64,000 nt of DNA from positions 19,501-83,500 of the forward strand of contig CBFCYW010000003.1 in the NCBI GenBank assembly GCA_965602395.1, given 5' to 3'. Under the pieces are notes generated by a model. It made no database searches, had not been told where the DNA came from, and saw nothing but the letters and a program-made list of their open reading frames with translations. A program made the translations under genes and the position numbers. The stretch is from an uncultured Chromatiales bacterium (GTDB lineage: Bacteria; Pseudomonadota; Gammaproteobacteria; CBFCYW01). Positions within the stretch are counted from its first letter, which is position 1. Each line of letters opens with the position of its first letter. Positions 9,426 through 20,098 of the stretch are shown in pieces.

Positions 9426-10116
9426 GCTCGGTGCCCTCCGCGTGCGCTCGTTTGGCGAAGCCGTCGTGCACCAGTCGGCCATCCTGCAGCACCAGCAGCG
9501 GATGGCCGAGGCGCTCGACCAGCGACAGGTCGTGGGTCGCGATCAGCACGCTGACACCGACCTGGTTGAATTGCCGAAACAGCGACATGATCTCCACCGA
9601 CAGCGTCGGGTCGAGGTTGCCGGTGGGTTCGTCGGCGAGCAGCAGGCGCGGGCGGTTGACCACCGCGCGGGCGATGCCGACGCGTTGCTGTTCGCCGCCG
9701 GAGAGGGTCACCGGATTGGTGCGCTCCTTGTTCAGCAGGCCGACCTTGTCCAGCGCCGCGCGCACCCGGCGGCCGACTTCGCGCGGCGGGTAGCCGGCGA
9801 TCACCAGCGGCAGGGCGACGTTTTCAAAGACGCTGCGATCGAACAGCAGCTGGTGGTTCTGAAACACTATGCCCATCTGCCGGCGCAGATAGGGCACGCC
9901 GCGGCGGCCGAGCTGGCCGAGGTTCTGGCCGTCGATCAGCACCTGTCCGCGGCTGGCGCGTTCGATGCACGCGATCAGCTTGAGCAGGGTGCTCTTGCCG
10001 GCGCCGGAGTGGCCGATGAGAAAACCCATGCCGCCGACGGGCAGGTGGAAGCTGACATCTGCCAGGGCGTCACCGCCGGCGGCGTAGCGCTTGCTGACGT
10101 GATCGAAGCGAATCAT
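9412..10116 (-). CDS. ftsE: cell division ATP-binding protein FtsE
   Basis: MIRFDHVSKRY..., Walker A GHSGAGKST, ABC signature LSGGEQQR, Walker B LLADEPT. Confidence 0.95.
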   Translation of the reverse strand: MIRFDHVSKRYAAGGDALADVSFHLPVGGMGFLIGHSGAGKSTLLKLIACIERASRGQVLIDGQNLGQLGRRGVPYLRRQMGIVFQNHQLLFDRSVFENVALPLVIAGYPPREVGRRVRAALDKVGLLNKERTNPVTLSGGEQQRVGIARAVVNRPRLLLADEPTGNLDPTLSVEIMSLFRQFNQVGVSVLIATHDLSLVERLGHPLLVLQDGRLVHDGFAKRAHAEGTERGQG

Positions 10117-10200
10117 GGGCGGCGAGTCTAGCAGGCGGCCAGCGCGATGAGTGGGGCGCGGGCGACGGAATCGCGCCGCGCGTCAGCCATCTGCGCGCGT

Positions 10201-11274
10201 TTATTCGTCGGCGAGCAGGGCGGCGACGAACTCGGCGGCGTCGAAGCTGCGCAGATCCTCGACCTTTTCGCCGACGCCGATAAAGCGGATCGGCGCGTCG
10301 AGGCGGTCGGCGACGCTGAACAGGATGCCGCCCTTGGCGGTGCCGTCGAGCTTGGTCACGGCGATGCCGCTGAGGTTGACCGCGGCATCGAACTGCAAGG
10401 CCTGATTGAGGGCGTTCTGGCCGGTGCCGCCGTCGATCACCATCAGCACCTCGTGGGGTGCCTGCGGGTCGAGCTTTTTGATGACGCGGACGACCTTTTT
10501 CAGCTCCTCCATCAGGTTCGACTGGGTGTGCAGGCGGCCGGCGGTGTCGGCGATCAGCACATCGACACCGCGCGCCGTGGCCGCCTGCAGGGCGTCGTAG
10601 ATCACCGATGCGGAATCGGCGCCGGTACCCTGCGACACCACGGGCACGCCGTTGCGCTCGCCCCAGCTCTGCAACTGTTCGACGGCGGCGGCGCGGAAGG
10701 TATCTCCGGCGGCCAGCATCACCGATTTGCCGCCGTCGGACAGGCGTCGCGCCAGCTTGCCGATGGTGGTGGTCTTGCCGGCGCCGTTGACGCCGACCAC
10801 CAGCAGCACGAAGGGTGTGTCGCGATCGGCTATCTGCAGCGGCTGCTCGCGGGCTTCGAGCATCCGCACCAGGGTGTGGCGCAGCAGCTCGCGCAAGGCT
10901 CTGGCGTCGTCGACCTGCGAGCGTGAGATGCCGTCCTGCAGCGCGGCCATCACCCGCTGGGTGGTGTCCACGCCGACGTCGGCCATAATCAGCTCGCTCT
11001 CCAGCTCTTCGAGCAGCTCGTCATCGATGGCTCGCTTGCCCACCAGCAGGTCGAGCAGGCCCTCTTTGAAGCGCGAGCGCGTCTTCACCAGCTTGCGATC
11101 GAGTTCGCGTTCCCGAGTGCTGGCGGCGGTGTTATCGTCAGCGCCGGCCGGTGCCGGCGCCGGCGCCGATTCCGCAGCCGCCGGCGGCTGCGCCGGTGAC
11201 TCCGCTGGCGGGGCCGCATCCGCCGCTGGCGTGGCGGGAACTTTCTTCTTTCTGCCGAAACTGAACAAGCCCAT
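10201..11274 (-). CDS. ftsY: signal recognition particle receptor FtsY
   Basis: 358 aa from MGLFSFGRKKK; acidic N-terminal region, NG domain with GVNGAGKTTT, DTAGR, TKLDG motifs; track ORF 10201..13065 is over-extended. Confidence 0.93.
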   Translation of the reverse strand: MGLFSFGRKKKVPATPAADAAPPAESPAQPPAAAESAPAPAPAGADDNTAASTRERELDRKLVKTRSRFKEGLLDLLVGKRAIDDELLEELESELIMADVGVDTTQRVMAALQDGISRSQVDDARALRELLRHTLVRMLEAREQPLQIADRDTPFVLLVVGVNGAGKTTTIGKLARRLSDGGKSVMLAAGDTFRAAAVEQLQSWGERNGVPVVSQGTGADSASVIYDALQAATARGVDVLIADTAGRLHTQSNLMEELKKVVRVIKKLDPQAPHEVLMVIDGGTGQNALNQALQFDAAVNLSGIAVTKLDGTAKGGILFSVADRLDAPIRFIGVGEKVEDLRSFDAAEFVAALLADE

Positions 11275-11346
11275 GCGGTATCCGGTGCTGCCGTGCAAAC
11301 CGTCGTATGCTACCACCGCACAGGAAAGCAAAGGAATCCGAGCAAG

Positions 11347-12840
11347 ATGATGCGAAACAGTGAACGCAAATCGCGCCGCGCCGTGGCCTGCCGGCTGCCT
11401 GTGGCGGCGCATTCCCATCCCGCAGGGCCGCTCGCCCGCGGTGTTTGGATCGCTGCGGCGCTGCTGGCCACGCTGGCCGCGGCGCTGCTGTCGGCGGCGC
11501 CGGCGCGGGCCACCACCGAGGTCGTCGAGCACCGTCTCGACAACGGCATGCGCGTGCTGGTCGGCGTCGACCGGCGCTCGCCGGTGGTGGTCCACCAGGT
11601 CTGGTACAAGGTCGGCTCCAGCTACGAGTACGGCGGCATCAGCGGCGCCTCGCACGCCCTCGAGCACATGATGTTCAAGGGTACCGAGAACCTCGCCCCC
11701 GGCGAATTCTCGGAGATCGTGGCGCGCAACGGCGGGCGCGATAACGCCTTCACCAGCCGCGACTACACCGCTTACTTCCAGACCGTCGCCGCCGACCGCC
11801 TGCCGCTGATGATGCAGCTGGAGGCCGAGCGCATGACCGGGCTGCGGATTCTCGATGAGGAGTTCAGCCGCGAGATGGAGGTCATCAAGGAAGAGCGGCG
11901 CATGCGCACCGACGACAAGCCGCGCTCCAAGCTCTACGAGCAGTTCAACGCATTGGCCTTCGTCTCCAGTCCGTCGCGCATCCCGGTGATCGGCTGGCGC
12001 GAGGATATCGACGCCATGACCGCCGACGATCTGCGCGCCTGGTATCGGCGCTGGTACGCGCCCAACAACGCCACGCTGGTGGTGGTTGGCGATGTCGATC
12101 CCGAAGCCGTCATCGCCCTCGCCGAGCAGCACTACGGCGATCTGCCGCCGCGCGAGGTGGCGCCGCCCAAGCCGCGCCGCGAGATCCCCCAGCGTGGCGA
12201 GCGCCGCTTCAGTCTGCACGTCCCGGCCGAGCTGCCCTATCTGCTGATCGGCTTCAAAGTGCCGAGCATGGGCAGCCTGGCCGACGCCGGTAGCGGCGAA
12301 ACCGATATCGAAGCCTGGGAGCCCTACGCCCTGGATCTGCTCGCCGGGGTGCTCGACGGCGGCGAGAGTGCGCGCTTCAGCCGCCGCCTGGTGCGCGGCG
12401 CTCAGCTGGCCAGCCAGGCCGGCGCCGGCTACGACCTCTACGACCGCGGCGAGGGCCTGTTCATCATCGACGGCACGCCCGCCGCCGGCACCAGTCTCGA
12501 TGAGCTGGAGCGTGCCCTGCTGGCGCAGATCGACGAGCTGATCGAGCACGGCGTGGACGACGCCGAGCTGGATCGCGTCAAGGCGCGGATCATCGCCGAA
12601 GATGTCTACCAGCGCGATTCCATGTTCTACAGCGCCATGCGCCTGGGCATCCTCGAAACCGTCGGCCTCGGCCACCAGCGGCTCGACGAATACATCCCCG
12701 GCGTGCGCGCCGTCACCGCCGAGCAGGTGCAGGCGGTGGCACGCAAATACCTGCGCGCCGAGCGGCGCACCGTGGGCCATCTGCTGCCGCAGCAAGAGGC
12801 CGCGGCGAACGCCGCAGAGGAGGGTGCGCAACGTGGTTAA
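11347..12840 (+). CDS. M16 family zinc protease (pitrilysin-like), secreted
   Basis: Signal peptide; HALEHMMFKGT zinc motif (HxxEH); divergent from ftsY as in Pseudomonas (PA0371/PA0372-like). Confidence 0.85.
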   Translation: MMRNSERKSRRAVACRLPVAAHSHPAGPLARGVWIAAALLATLAAALLSAAPARATTEVVEHRLDNGMRVLVGVDRRSPVVVHQVWYKVGSSYEYGGISGASHALEHMMFKGTENLAPGEFSEIVARNGGRDNAFTSRDYTAYFQTVAADRLPLMMQLEAERMTGLRILDEEFSREMEVIKEERRMRTDDKPRSKLYEQFNALAFVSSPSRIPVIGWREDIDAMTADDLRAWYRRWYAPNNATLVVVGDVDPEAVIALAEQHYGDLPPREVAPPKPRREIPQRGERRFSLHVPAELPYLLIGFKVPSMGSLADAGSGETDIEAWEPYALDLLAGVLDGGESARFSRRLVRGAQLASQAGAGYDLYDRGEGLFIIDGTPAAGTSLDELERALLAQIDELIEHGVDDAELDRVKARIIAEDVYQRDSMFYSAMRLGILETVGLGHQRLDEYIPGVRAVTAEQVQAVARKYLRAERRTVGHLLPQQEAAANAAEEGAQRG

Positions 12841-14272
12841 GCATCTGCTCAAAAAAAGATTTTTCGACGTGCTGCGGCAGCGTCGCGGCGCTCGGCGCAG
12901 CGCCCCCGCAACCGCGCTGCTGAGCGCCCTGCTGGCCACGTCGCTGACCGCTGGCTGCGCGATGCAGCCGGCATCGCCGCTGGCGGGTGCCACGGCCAGC
13001 GGGGCGGCTGCCGCCGCCGGTGAGCAGCGCGAAGTGCGGCGGATTCGCCACTGGACCACCGCCAACGGCGCGCGCGTCTATTACCTGCCGGCGGCGGATC
13101 TGCCAATCGTCGATCTGCGCGTGGTCTTCGACGCCGGCAGCGCTCGCGATGGCGATCGCCCCGGCGTCGCCCGGCTGACCGCGAGCGCCCTGCGCAGCGG
13201 CGCCGCGCAGATGGACGTGGAGCAGATCGCCGCGCGTCTCGCCGCGGTCGGCGCACAGCTCAGCGTCGACGCCATGCGCGACATGGCCTGGCTGCAGCTG
13301 CGCAGCCTGTCCAGCGCCGCCGAGCTGGCGCCGGCGGTGGAGATCGCCACGGCGATTCTCGGCTCGCCGAGCTTTCCCGAGGGCGAGATCGAGCGGCTCA
13401 AGCAGCAGGGACTGATCGCCCTGCGCGAAGAGCAGCAGAACCCCGGGCAGATCGCCGAGCGCGCCTTTTTCGACGCACTGTACGGCGATCACCCCTACGC
13501 CCGGCGCCCCGACGAGGCCGACGTGCGCGCTCTCGACCGCGCCGCGGTGCGCGATTTCGCCGCCCGCCACTACGTGGCCAGCAACGCCGTGGTGGCGATC
13601 GTCGGCGACCTCGACCGCGCCGCCGCCGAGGCCCTGGCCGAGCGGGTGACCGCCGGCCTGCCGCGCGGCGAGCCGGCGCCGCCGCTGCCGCCGGTGGCCG
13701 AGCTGGACGCCTCCCGGACGCTGCGCATCCCCTTCCCTTCGCAGCAGGCGCACATCCTCATCGGTCAGCCGGGCCTGAGCCGCGGCGATCCGGACTACTT
13801 CAGCCTCTATCTCGGCAACCACGTGTTCGGCGGCAGCGGCTTCGCCTCGCGGCTGGTGGGCGAGGTGCGCGAGAAGCGCGGGCTGGCCTACAGCGTGTAC
13901 AGCTACTTTCTGCCGATGGCCGAGCGCGGCCCCTTTCAGATGGGCCTGCAGACCCGCGGCGACCAGGCCGAGGGCGCTGCCGAGCTGGTGCGCGAAGAGC
14001 TGCGCCGCTTCGTCGCCGAGGGGCCGAGCGCGGCGGAGATCGAGGCCTCGCTGCTGAACGTCACCGGCAGCTCGCCGCTGCGCACCGACAGCAACCGCAA
14101 GCTGGTCGAGTACCTGGCGCTGATCGGCTTCTACGATCTGCCGCTGGATTACCTCGACGCCTTTAACGCGCGGGTCAGCGCCGAGGATGCGGCCAGCGTG
14201 CGCGACGCCTTTCAGCGGCGCATCGACCCGGATCGGCTGATCACGGTGATCGTGGGTGGCGGCGCGGAATAG
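12833..14272 (+). CDS. M16 family peptidase, inactive-type partner subunit, lipoprotein
   Basis: GTG start after GGAGG; lipobox LTAGC; M16 C-terminal domain architecture lacking HxxEH; overlaps upstream M16 gene stop. Confidence 0.8.
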   Translation: MVKHLLKKRFFDVLRQRRGARRSAPATALLSALLATSLTAGCAMQPASPLAGATASGAAAAAGEQREVRRIRHWTTANGARVYYLPAADLPIVDLRVVFDAGSARDGDRPGVARLTASALRSGAAQMDVEQIAARLAAVGAQLSVDAMRDMAWLQLRSLSSAAELAPAVEIATAILGSPSFPEGEIERLKQQGLIALREEQQNPGQIAERAFFDALYGDHPYARRPDEADVRALDRAAVRDFAARHYVASNAVVAIVGDLDRAAAEALAERVTAGLPRGEPAPPLPPVAELDASRTLRIPFPSQQAHILIGQPGLSRGDPDYFSLYLGNHVFGGSGFASRLVGEVREKRGLAYSVYSYFLPMAERGPFQMGLQTRGDQAEGAAELVREELRRFVAEGPSAAEIEASLLNVTGSSPLRTDSNRKLVEYLALIGFYDLPLDYLDAFNARVSAEDAASVRDAFQRRIDPDRLITVIVGGGAE

Positions 14273-14330
14273 GCGCCGCGCCAGCGGGCGACTCGGTGGC
14301 CGGCCCGGTGGTCGGCCCGGCGGCCGCGCA

Positions 14331-14915
14331 GTGGATGCCACACAGCAGCGCGGCCGGGTGCGCATCATCGGCGGCGCCTGGCGCGGTCGCTGGCTGGATT
14401 TCGCCGGCGATGACAGCCTGCGCCCGAGCGGTGATCGCCTGCGCGAAACGCTGTTCAACTGGCTGCAGTTCGAACTGCCCGGCGCGCGCTGCCTCGATCT
14501 GTTTGCCGGCAGCGGCGCGCTCGGTTTCGAGGCCGCCTCGCGTGGCGCTGCCGAGGTGGTGCTGGTGGAGTCCCATCCGGCCGCGGCCGCGGCGCTGGCC
14601 GCGAGCGCTGAGCGACTCGCCGCACGGCAGCGCGTGCAGCTGGTCGCCGACGATGCGTTTGCCTATCTTGCCAGCAGCACCGGCCGCTTCGATCTGCTCT
14701 TCCTCGACCCGCCCTTCGCCTACGCCGATCTGAGCCCGCTGTTCAGCGCCTTGCAGCGCTCGGAATTGCTCGCACCGCAGGCCTGGGTCTATCTGGAGCA
14801 GGCGCGCGATAGCGCCGCCGAGGTACCTGAAGATTGGCTGCTGCAGCGCGAAAACCGCGGCGGCGGAGTGTGCGCGAGATTGTTCCGCCGACAAATATGT
14901 TGCACTGCAACATAA
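14331..14915 (+). CDS. rsmD: 16S rRNA (guanine966-N2)-methyltransferase RsmD
   Basis: RVRIIGGAWRGRWL, DLFAGSGALGFEAASRGA, DPPF motifs; start uncertain (GTG 14331 or upstream 14256). Confidence 0.8.
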   Translation: MDATQQRGRVRIIGGAWRGRWLDFAGDDSLRPSGDRLRETLFNWLQFELPGARCLDLFAGSGALGFEAASRGAAEVVLVESHPAAAAALAASAERLAARQRVQLVADDAFAYLASSTGRFDLLFLDPPFAYADLSPLFSALQRSELLAPQAWVYLEQARDSAAEVPEDWLLQRENRGGGVCARLFRRQICCTAT

Positions 14916-14957
14916 GCTCGGGCAAGCTGCACTCATTTACACTGGAGCGCGTTGCAG

Positions 14958-15443
14958 ATGACCTGCATTACGGCGGTATACCCGGGTACTTTTGACCCCA
15001 TGACCAACGGCCACATCGACGTAGCGATGCGCGCCAGCCGCATGTTTGCTCGGGTGATACTCGCCGTTGCCCGGCACCCCTCGGCAAAGACCACCTTCTT
15101 CGGTCTGGACGAGCGCGTGGCGCTGGCGCGCGAGGCCCTGAAAGGGCTGGACAATGTCACCGTCGAGCCCTTTCACGGTCTGCTCATCAAGTGCGCCCGC
15201 GAGCACAATGCGCAGGTCATCGTGCGCGGTCTGCGCGCGGTTTCCGACTTCGAATACGAGGTCCAGCTGGCCGGTCTCAACCGCCAGATGGCGCCCGAGG
15301 TGGAGACCGCCTTCATCGCCGCCAGTCAGCAGTACGCCTTTCTGTCATCCAGCATGGTGCGCGAGATTGCCGGTCTCGGCGGCGACGTTTCCGAGTTCGT
15401 CCACCCCTCGGTCAATGATGCGCTGGCGGAGCGCATCCGCTAA
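14958..15443 (+). CDS. coaD: phosphopantetheine adenylyltransferase
   Basis: AVYPGTFDPMTNGH(IDV) nucleotidyltransferase motif; 161 aa. Confidence 0.95.
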   Translation: MTCITAVYPGTFDPMTNGHIDVAMRASRMFARVILAVARHPSAKTTFFGLDERVALAREALKGLDNVTVEPFHGLLIKCAREHNAQVIVRGLRAVSDFEYEVQLAGLNRQMAPEVETAFIAASQQYAFLSSSMVREIAGLGGDVSEFVHPSVNDALAERIR

Positions 15444-15475
15444 GATTCGTAGCCAATACCCGACTCGTTTGCTGA

Positions 15476-17499
<2,024 letters not shown>

Positions 17500-17508
17500 G
17501 GATTGATT

Positions 17509-17530
17509 CGCTGCCTGAATTCAGGCAGCG
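17509..17530. terminator. perfect 22-nt palindrome (putative bidirectional terminator) between convergent ggt and LYS9-like gene
   Basis: CGCTGCCTGAATTCAGGCAGCG, 9-bp stem around AATT; no T-run, so termination is inferred from position only. Confidence 0.35.
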
Positions 17531-17584
17531 ACATCGGTTTGGCTTCGGCACGCGCAAGCGATCGCCGGATCCGCCGCGCTGGCG

Positions 17585-17620
17585 ATTTCAGGCCGGATTT
17601 CAGGCCGGGTTTCAGGCCAG
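17585..17620. repeat. 3 x 12-bp tandem direct repeat (ATTTCAGGCCGG) overlapping stop of LYS9-like gene
   Basis: atttcaggccgg atttcaggccgg gtttcaggccag read directly. Confidence 0.7.
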
Positions 17621-18766
17621 ATGATCGATCAGCGCGATCTCTTCGCCCAGCTCGCGCAGCGTGGCAAACCACTCGGCGACCAGCTGCGCATCCCCCGGTG
17701 CCGGCGACACGCCCGCGCCGATGCGCCCGGCGAGCACCGATTCCACCGCCAGGCTCACGGTGTACGAGACCAGTCGCGCCATCGCGCTGCCGCGCGCGTC
17801 GCCGCAGGCATCGATGGCATGGCTGCGGTGCCACAGTGGCTGGCCGTCGCGGCGCGCTTCCAGCTCCACGCACAGCACCACGCGATCCGGCTCGCCCTCG
17901 GCGTAGCGCTGGGTGCGCCACAGCTCGTCGCTCATCTCGGCCAGGCGCGCCTCGCCGGCCTCGCCCTGCAGTGTTTCCACCTCGGCGAAGATGTGCTGCC
18001 AGGCGTCCGACCAGCCCTCCAGCCGCAGCGTGCCGCGCACGAATTCATCCACCGGCCACTCCGGGTCGAACTGGTAGTCGGCGATGAACGGCAGCGAATC
18101 GCGGTTGGGGTAGGCCTGGAATGTCTCCTCGCCGCCGGGCAGGCGCGCGGTGTAGTCGCTGATCGCTTCCCAGGGTCGGGCGACGTCGACCACCGCGCCG
18201 CCGCGAATGCTGCGCGAGGGTGATTTCAGCGCCTTGAGCACGCCCAGCGGCGACCAGCTGAACTTGTAGCGAAAGTCGTTGGGCACCTTCGGAAAGCCGC
18301 CGCAGTAGGAGCGAAAGTGCAGGCGATTGGCGGCGTCGCAGGCGTCAGAATCGCGGTAGGCGGCGACCAGCGAGTGGGCCATCAGGTGGTCGATGCCCGG
18401 ATCGAGACCGACTTCGTTGACCAGCGCCAGCCCCTTTTCGCGAGCCTCGGCGTCCAGTTCGGACATCGCCGGAGAGATGTACGAACTGGAGACGAAATTG
18501 GCGCCCTTTTCCAGTGCCAGCCTGGCCACCGGCACATGCCAGTCGCCCGGCAGCATCGACACCAGCACATCGCCCGGCTGCACCGCGGCGGCCAGTGCGG
18601 GCATGTCGAAGGCATGCACGCTGGCCTGTGTGTCCAGCCCGGCGATGGCTGCGCGGGCCTTTTCCGGGGTGCGGTTCCACAGCGCCAGCGGCGTGTCGCC
18701 CGCGGCCAGCCGGCGGATGCCGGGGACGGTGGAGAGGCCGGTGCCCAACCAGTGAATGCTTGCCAT
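17612..18766 (-). CDS. saccharopine dehydrogenase family protein, LYS9-like (saccharopine reductase type)
   Basis: 384 aa; strong similarity pattern to fungal LYS9 (VSSSYISPA...EVGLDPGIDHL...YCGG.P......YKFSWSP.GVL.AL..PS....YPNRDS...G TLR..G); GAGGAG RBS. Confidence 0.8.
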   Translation of the reverse strand: MASIHWLGTGLSTVPGIRRLAAGDTPLALWNRTPEKARAAIAGLDTQASVHAFDMPALAAAVQPGDVLVSMLPGDWHVPVARLALEKGANFVSSSYISPAMSELDAEAREKGLALVNEVGLDPGIDHLMAHSLVAAYRDSDACDAANRLHFRSYCGGFPKVPNDFRYKFSWSPLGVLKALKSPSRSIRGGAVVDVARPWEAISDYTARLPGGEETFQAYPNRDSLPFIADYQFDPEWPVDEFVRGTLRLEGWSDAWQHIFAEVETLQGEAGEARLAEMSDELWRTQRYAEGEPDRVVLCVELEARRDGQPLWHRSHAIDACGDARGSAMARLVSYTVSLAVESVLAGRIGAGVSPAPGDAQLVAEWFATLRELGEEIALIDHLA

Positions 18767-18785
18767 GTGGTGCTCCTCGCGCGGC

Positions 18786-19883
18786 CTACAGCCCGCGGCT
18801 CTTGGCGTGGAAGACGTCCAGCGCGCCGCGCCAGACCGGGTTGTCGGGATCGCCGAGCTGGAGCAGATGCGGCAGCAGCTGGGCGCTGAAATCCTCGCTG
18901 GATTCCACCGGCAGCATCGACGGCAGATGGTCGATGGCGATCAGATCGAGTGCCGGCCCGGCCGGAGAGGCCTCGCGCAGGCGCAGGCTCGGCTCGGGGA
19001 AGCTGGTGCAGGTGCTGTACAGCGGCAGCGGGTTGTAGTCGCCGAAGGGGTCGCAGCTGACGTCGGAGATCACGCTCAGCCGGCGCGCCCCGCGGCCGTC
19101 GTCGTCGAGCAGTTCGTCGTTCAGGAACGGCGGCAGCGGCGCATTGACCAGCACGCAGTTGATGAACAGATCGTGTTCGAGGATCTCGGCGAAGGGGCCG
19201 CCTGCGGCGGTTTCGGCCATATCCCAGCGGGTCACGGCCAGCGCCAATGCCTCGGCCAGTCCGCAGGCGCCGCTGCCGACGCGGCCCAGCGCGCCGATCA
19301 CCAGCGCGTTCGGTGCGCGACCGGCGGCGGCGCTGGCCTGGGCCAGTTCGTCGCGCAGCTCGGCGAGCAGTGCGTCGCGGCTGGCGTAGGCGTGCAGCGG
19401 CGGCACCACCGGGTCGCGCCCCAGCCGCTGGCCGCACCAGGCCTTCACCGCCACCGCGGCGCCGGTAAAGCCGGCCCAGTAGCCGAAGGCGGCGACCCGG
19501 CGGCCGTTGGCATCGAGCAGGAATTCCAGATCGTAGAGCTGGCCGCCGCCGCGGACGAAACGGCGCAGCACATCCTGCCAGCCGCGCTGTTCTTTGAAGG
19601 CGTGGGCGAAGTGGATGTGGCGGTGGCGCAGCTCGCTGCCATCTTCGGGCAGCTCTTTGAGGCCGAGGATGAAGGCCTCGCGCGGCGCCTGCGGCCAGCT
19701 GCCGGCGGGCACCATCCGGCAGCCGACGGCGGCGAAGTCCTGGGCCGGGATGGCGCTCTGCGCGCTGCGCTCGACGCTCACGGTGAAGCCGGCGCGCAAC
19801 AGCTCGGCGGCGGTGGCGGGGGTGAGCGCGCTGCGCTCCTCGTGGGGCTTGCTCTCGGCGCGCAGCCAGATGTGTACGCTCAC
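18786..19883 (-). CDS. saccharopine dehydrogenase (NAD+, L-lysine-forming), LYS1-like / alanine dehydrogenase-PNT fold
   Basis: LRAE.KP.E.R.ALTP...GF...VE.S.QS....GC.MVPAGSW..APRE.FILGLKELPE......H.HIHFAH.FK.Q.GWQDVL.RF..G.G.LYDLEFL.D..GRRVAAFG matches yeast LYS1; GTG start 19883 with GGAGAA RBS (track start 19976 likely over-extended). Confidence 0.8.
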   Translation of the reverse strand: MSVHIWLRAESKPHEERSALTPATAAELLRAGFTVSVERSAQSAIPAQDFAAVGCRMVPAGSWPQAPREAFILGLKELPEDGSELRHRHIHFAHAFKEQRGWQDVLRRFVRGGGQLYDLEFLLDANGRRVAAFGYWAGFTGAAVAVKAWCGQRLGRDPVVPPLHAYASRDALLAELRDELAQASAAAGRAPNALVIGALGRVGSGACGLAEALALAVTRWDMAETAAGGPFAEILEHDLFINCVLVNAPLPPFLNDELLDDDGRGARRLSVISDVSCDPFGDYNPLPLYSTCTSFPEPSLRLREASPAGPALDLIAIDHLPSMLPVESSEDFSAQLLPHLLQLGDPDNPVWRGALDVFHAKSRGL

Positions 19884-20098
19884 TCGCTGGTTCTCCGCGG
19901 TCTTTGCACGGGTGGTCGGGGCTGTGATGGCGCTTTGGGAAGCGCAGCAGTTTTGCAGCGCTTCCTCCGCGGGCACCCATCGCAGGCGGGGACTGTACTA
20001 CAGCGCGGCCGGCTGGCGCAGGTCGCGCCGGCCGGTTTGACCCGTCGCCCGCGCGGGCGAACAATGGTCGCGGCTACACCCGGCCAGAGGAGTGCCCG

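Noticed and set aside
8448-9482. Track start of ftsX at 9482 overlapping ftsE by 70 nt
   Set aside because: A GTG with a GGAGGG RBS at 9425 gives an FtsX N-terminus consistent with E. coli FtsX and a typical short overlap; the longer ORF is over-extension.
10652-11350. ORF with a poly-serine run (SSSSSSSSS) and Ser/Arg-rich translation
   Set aside because: It is an alternative frame of the acidic Glu/Leu-rich N-terminal region of ftsY on the opposite strand; not an independent gene.
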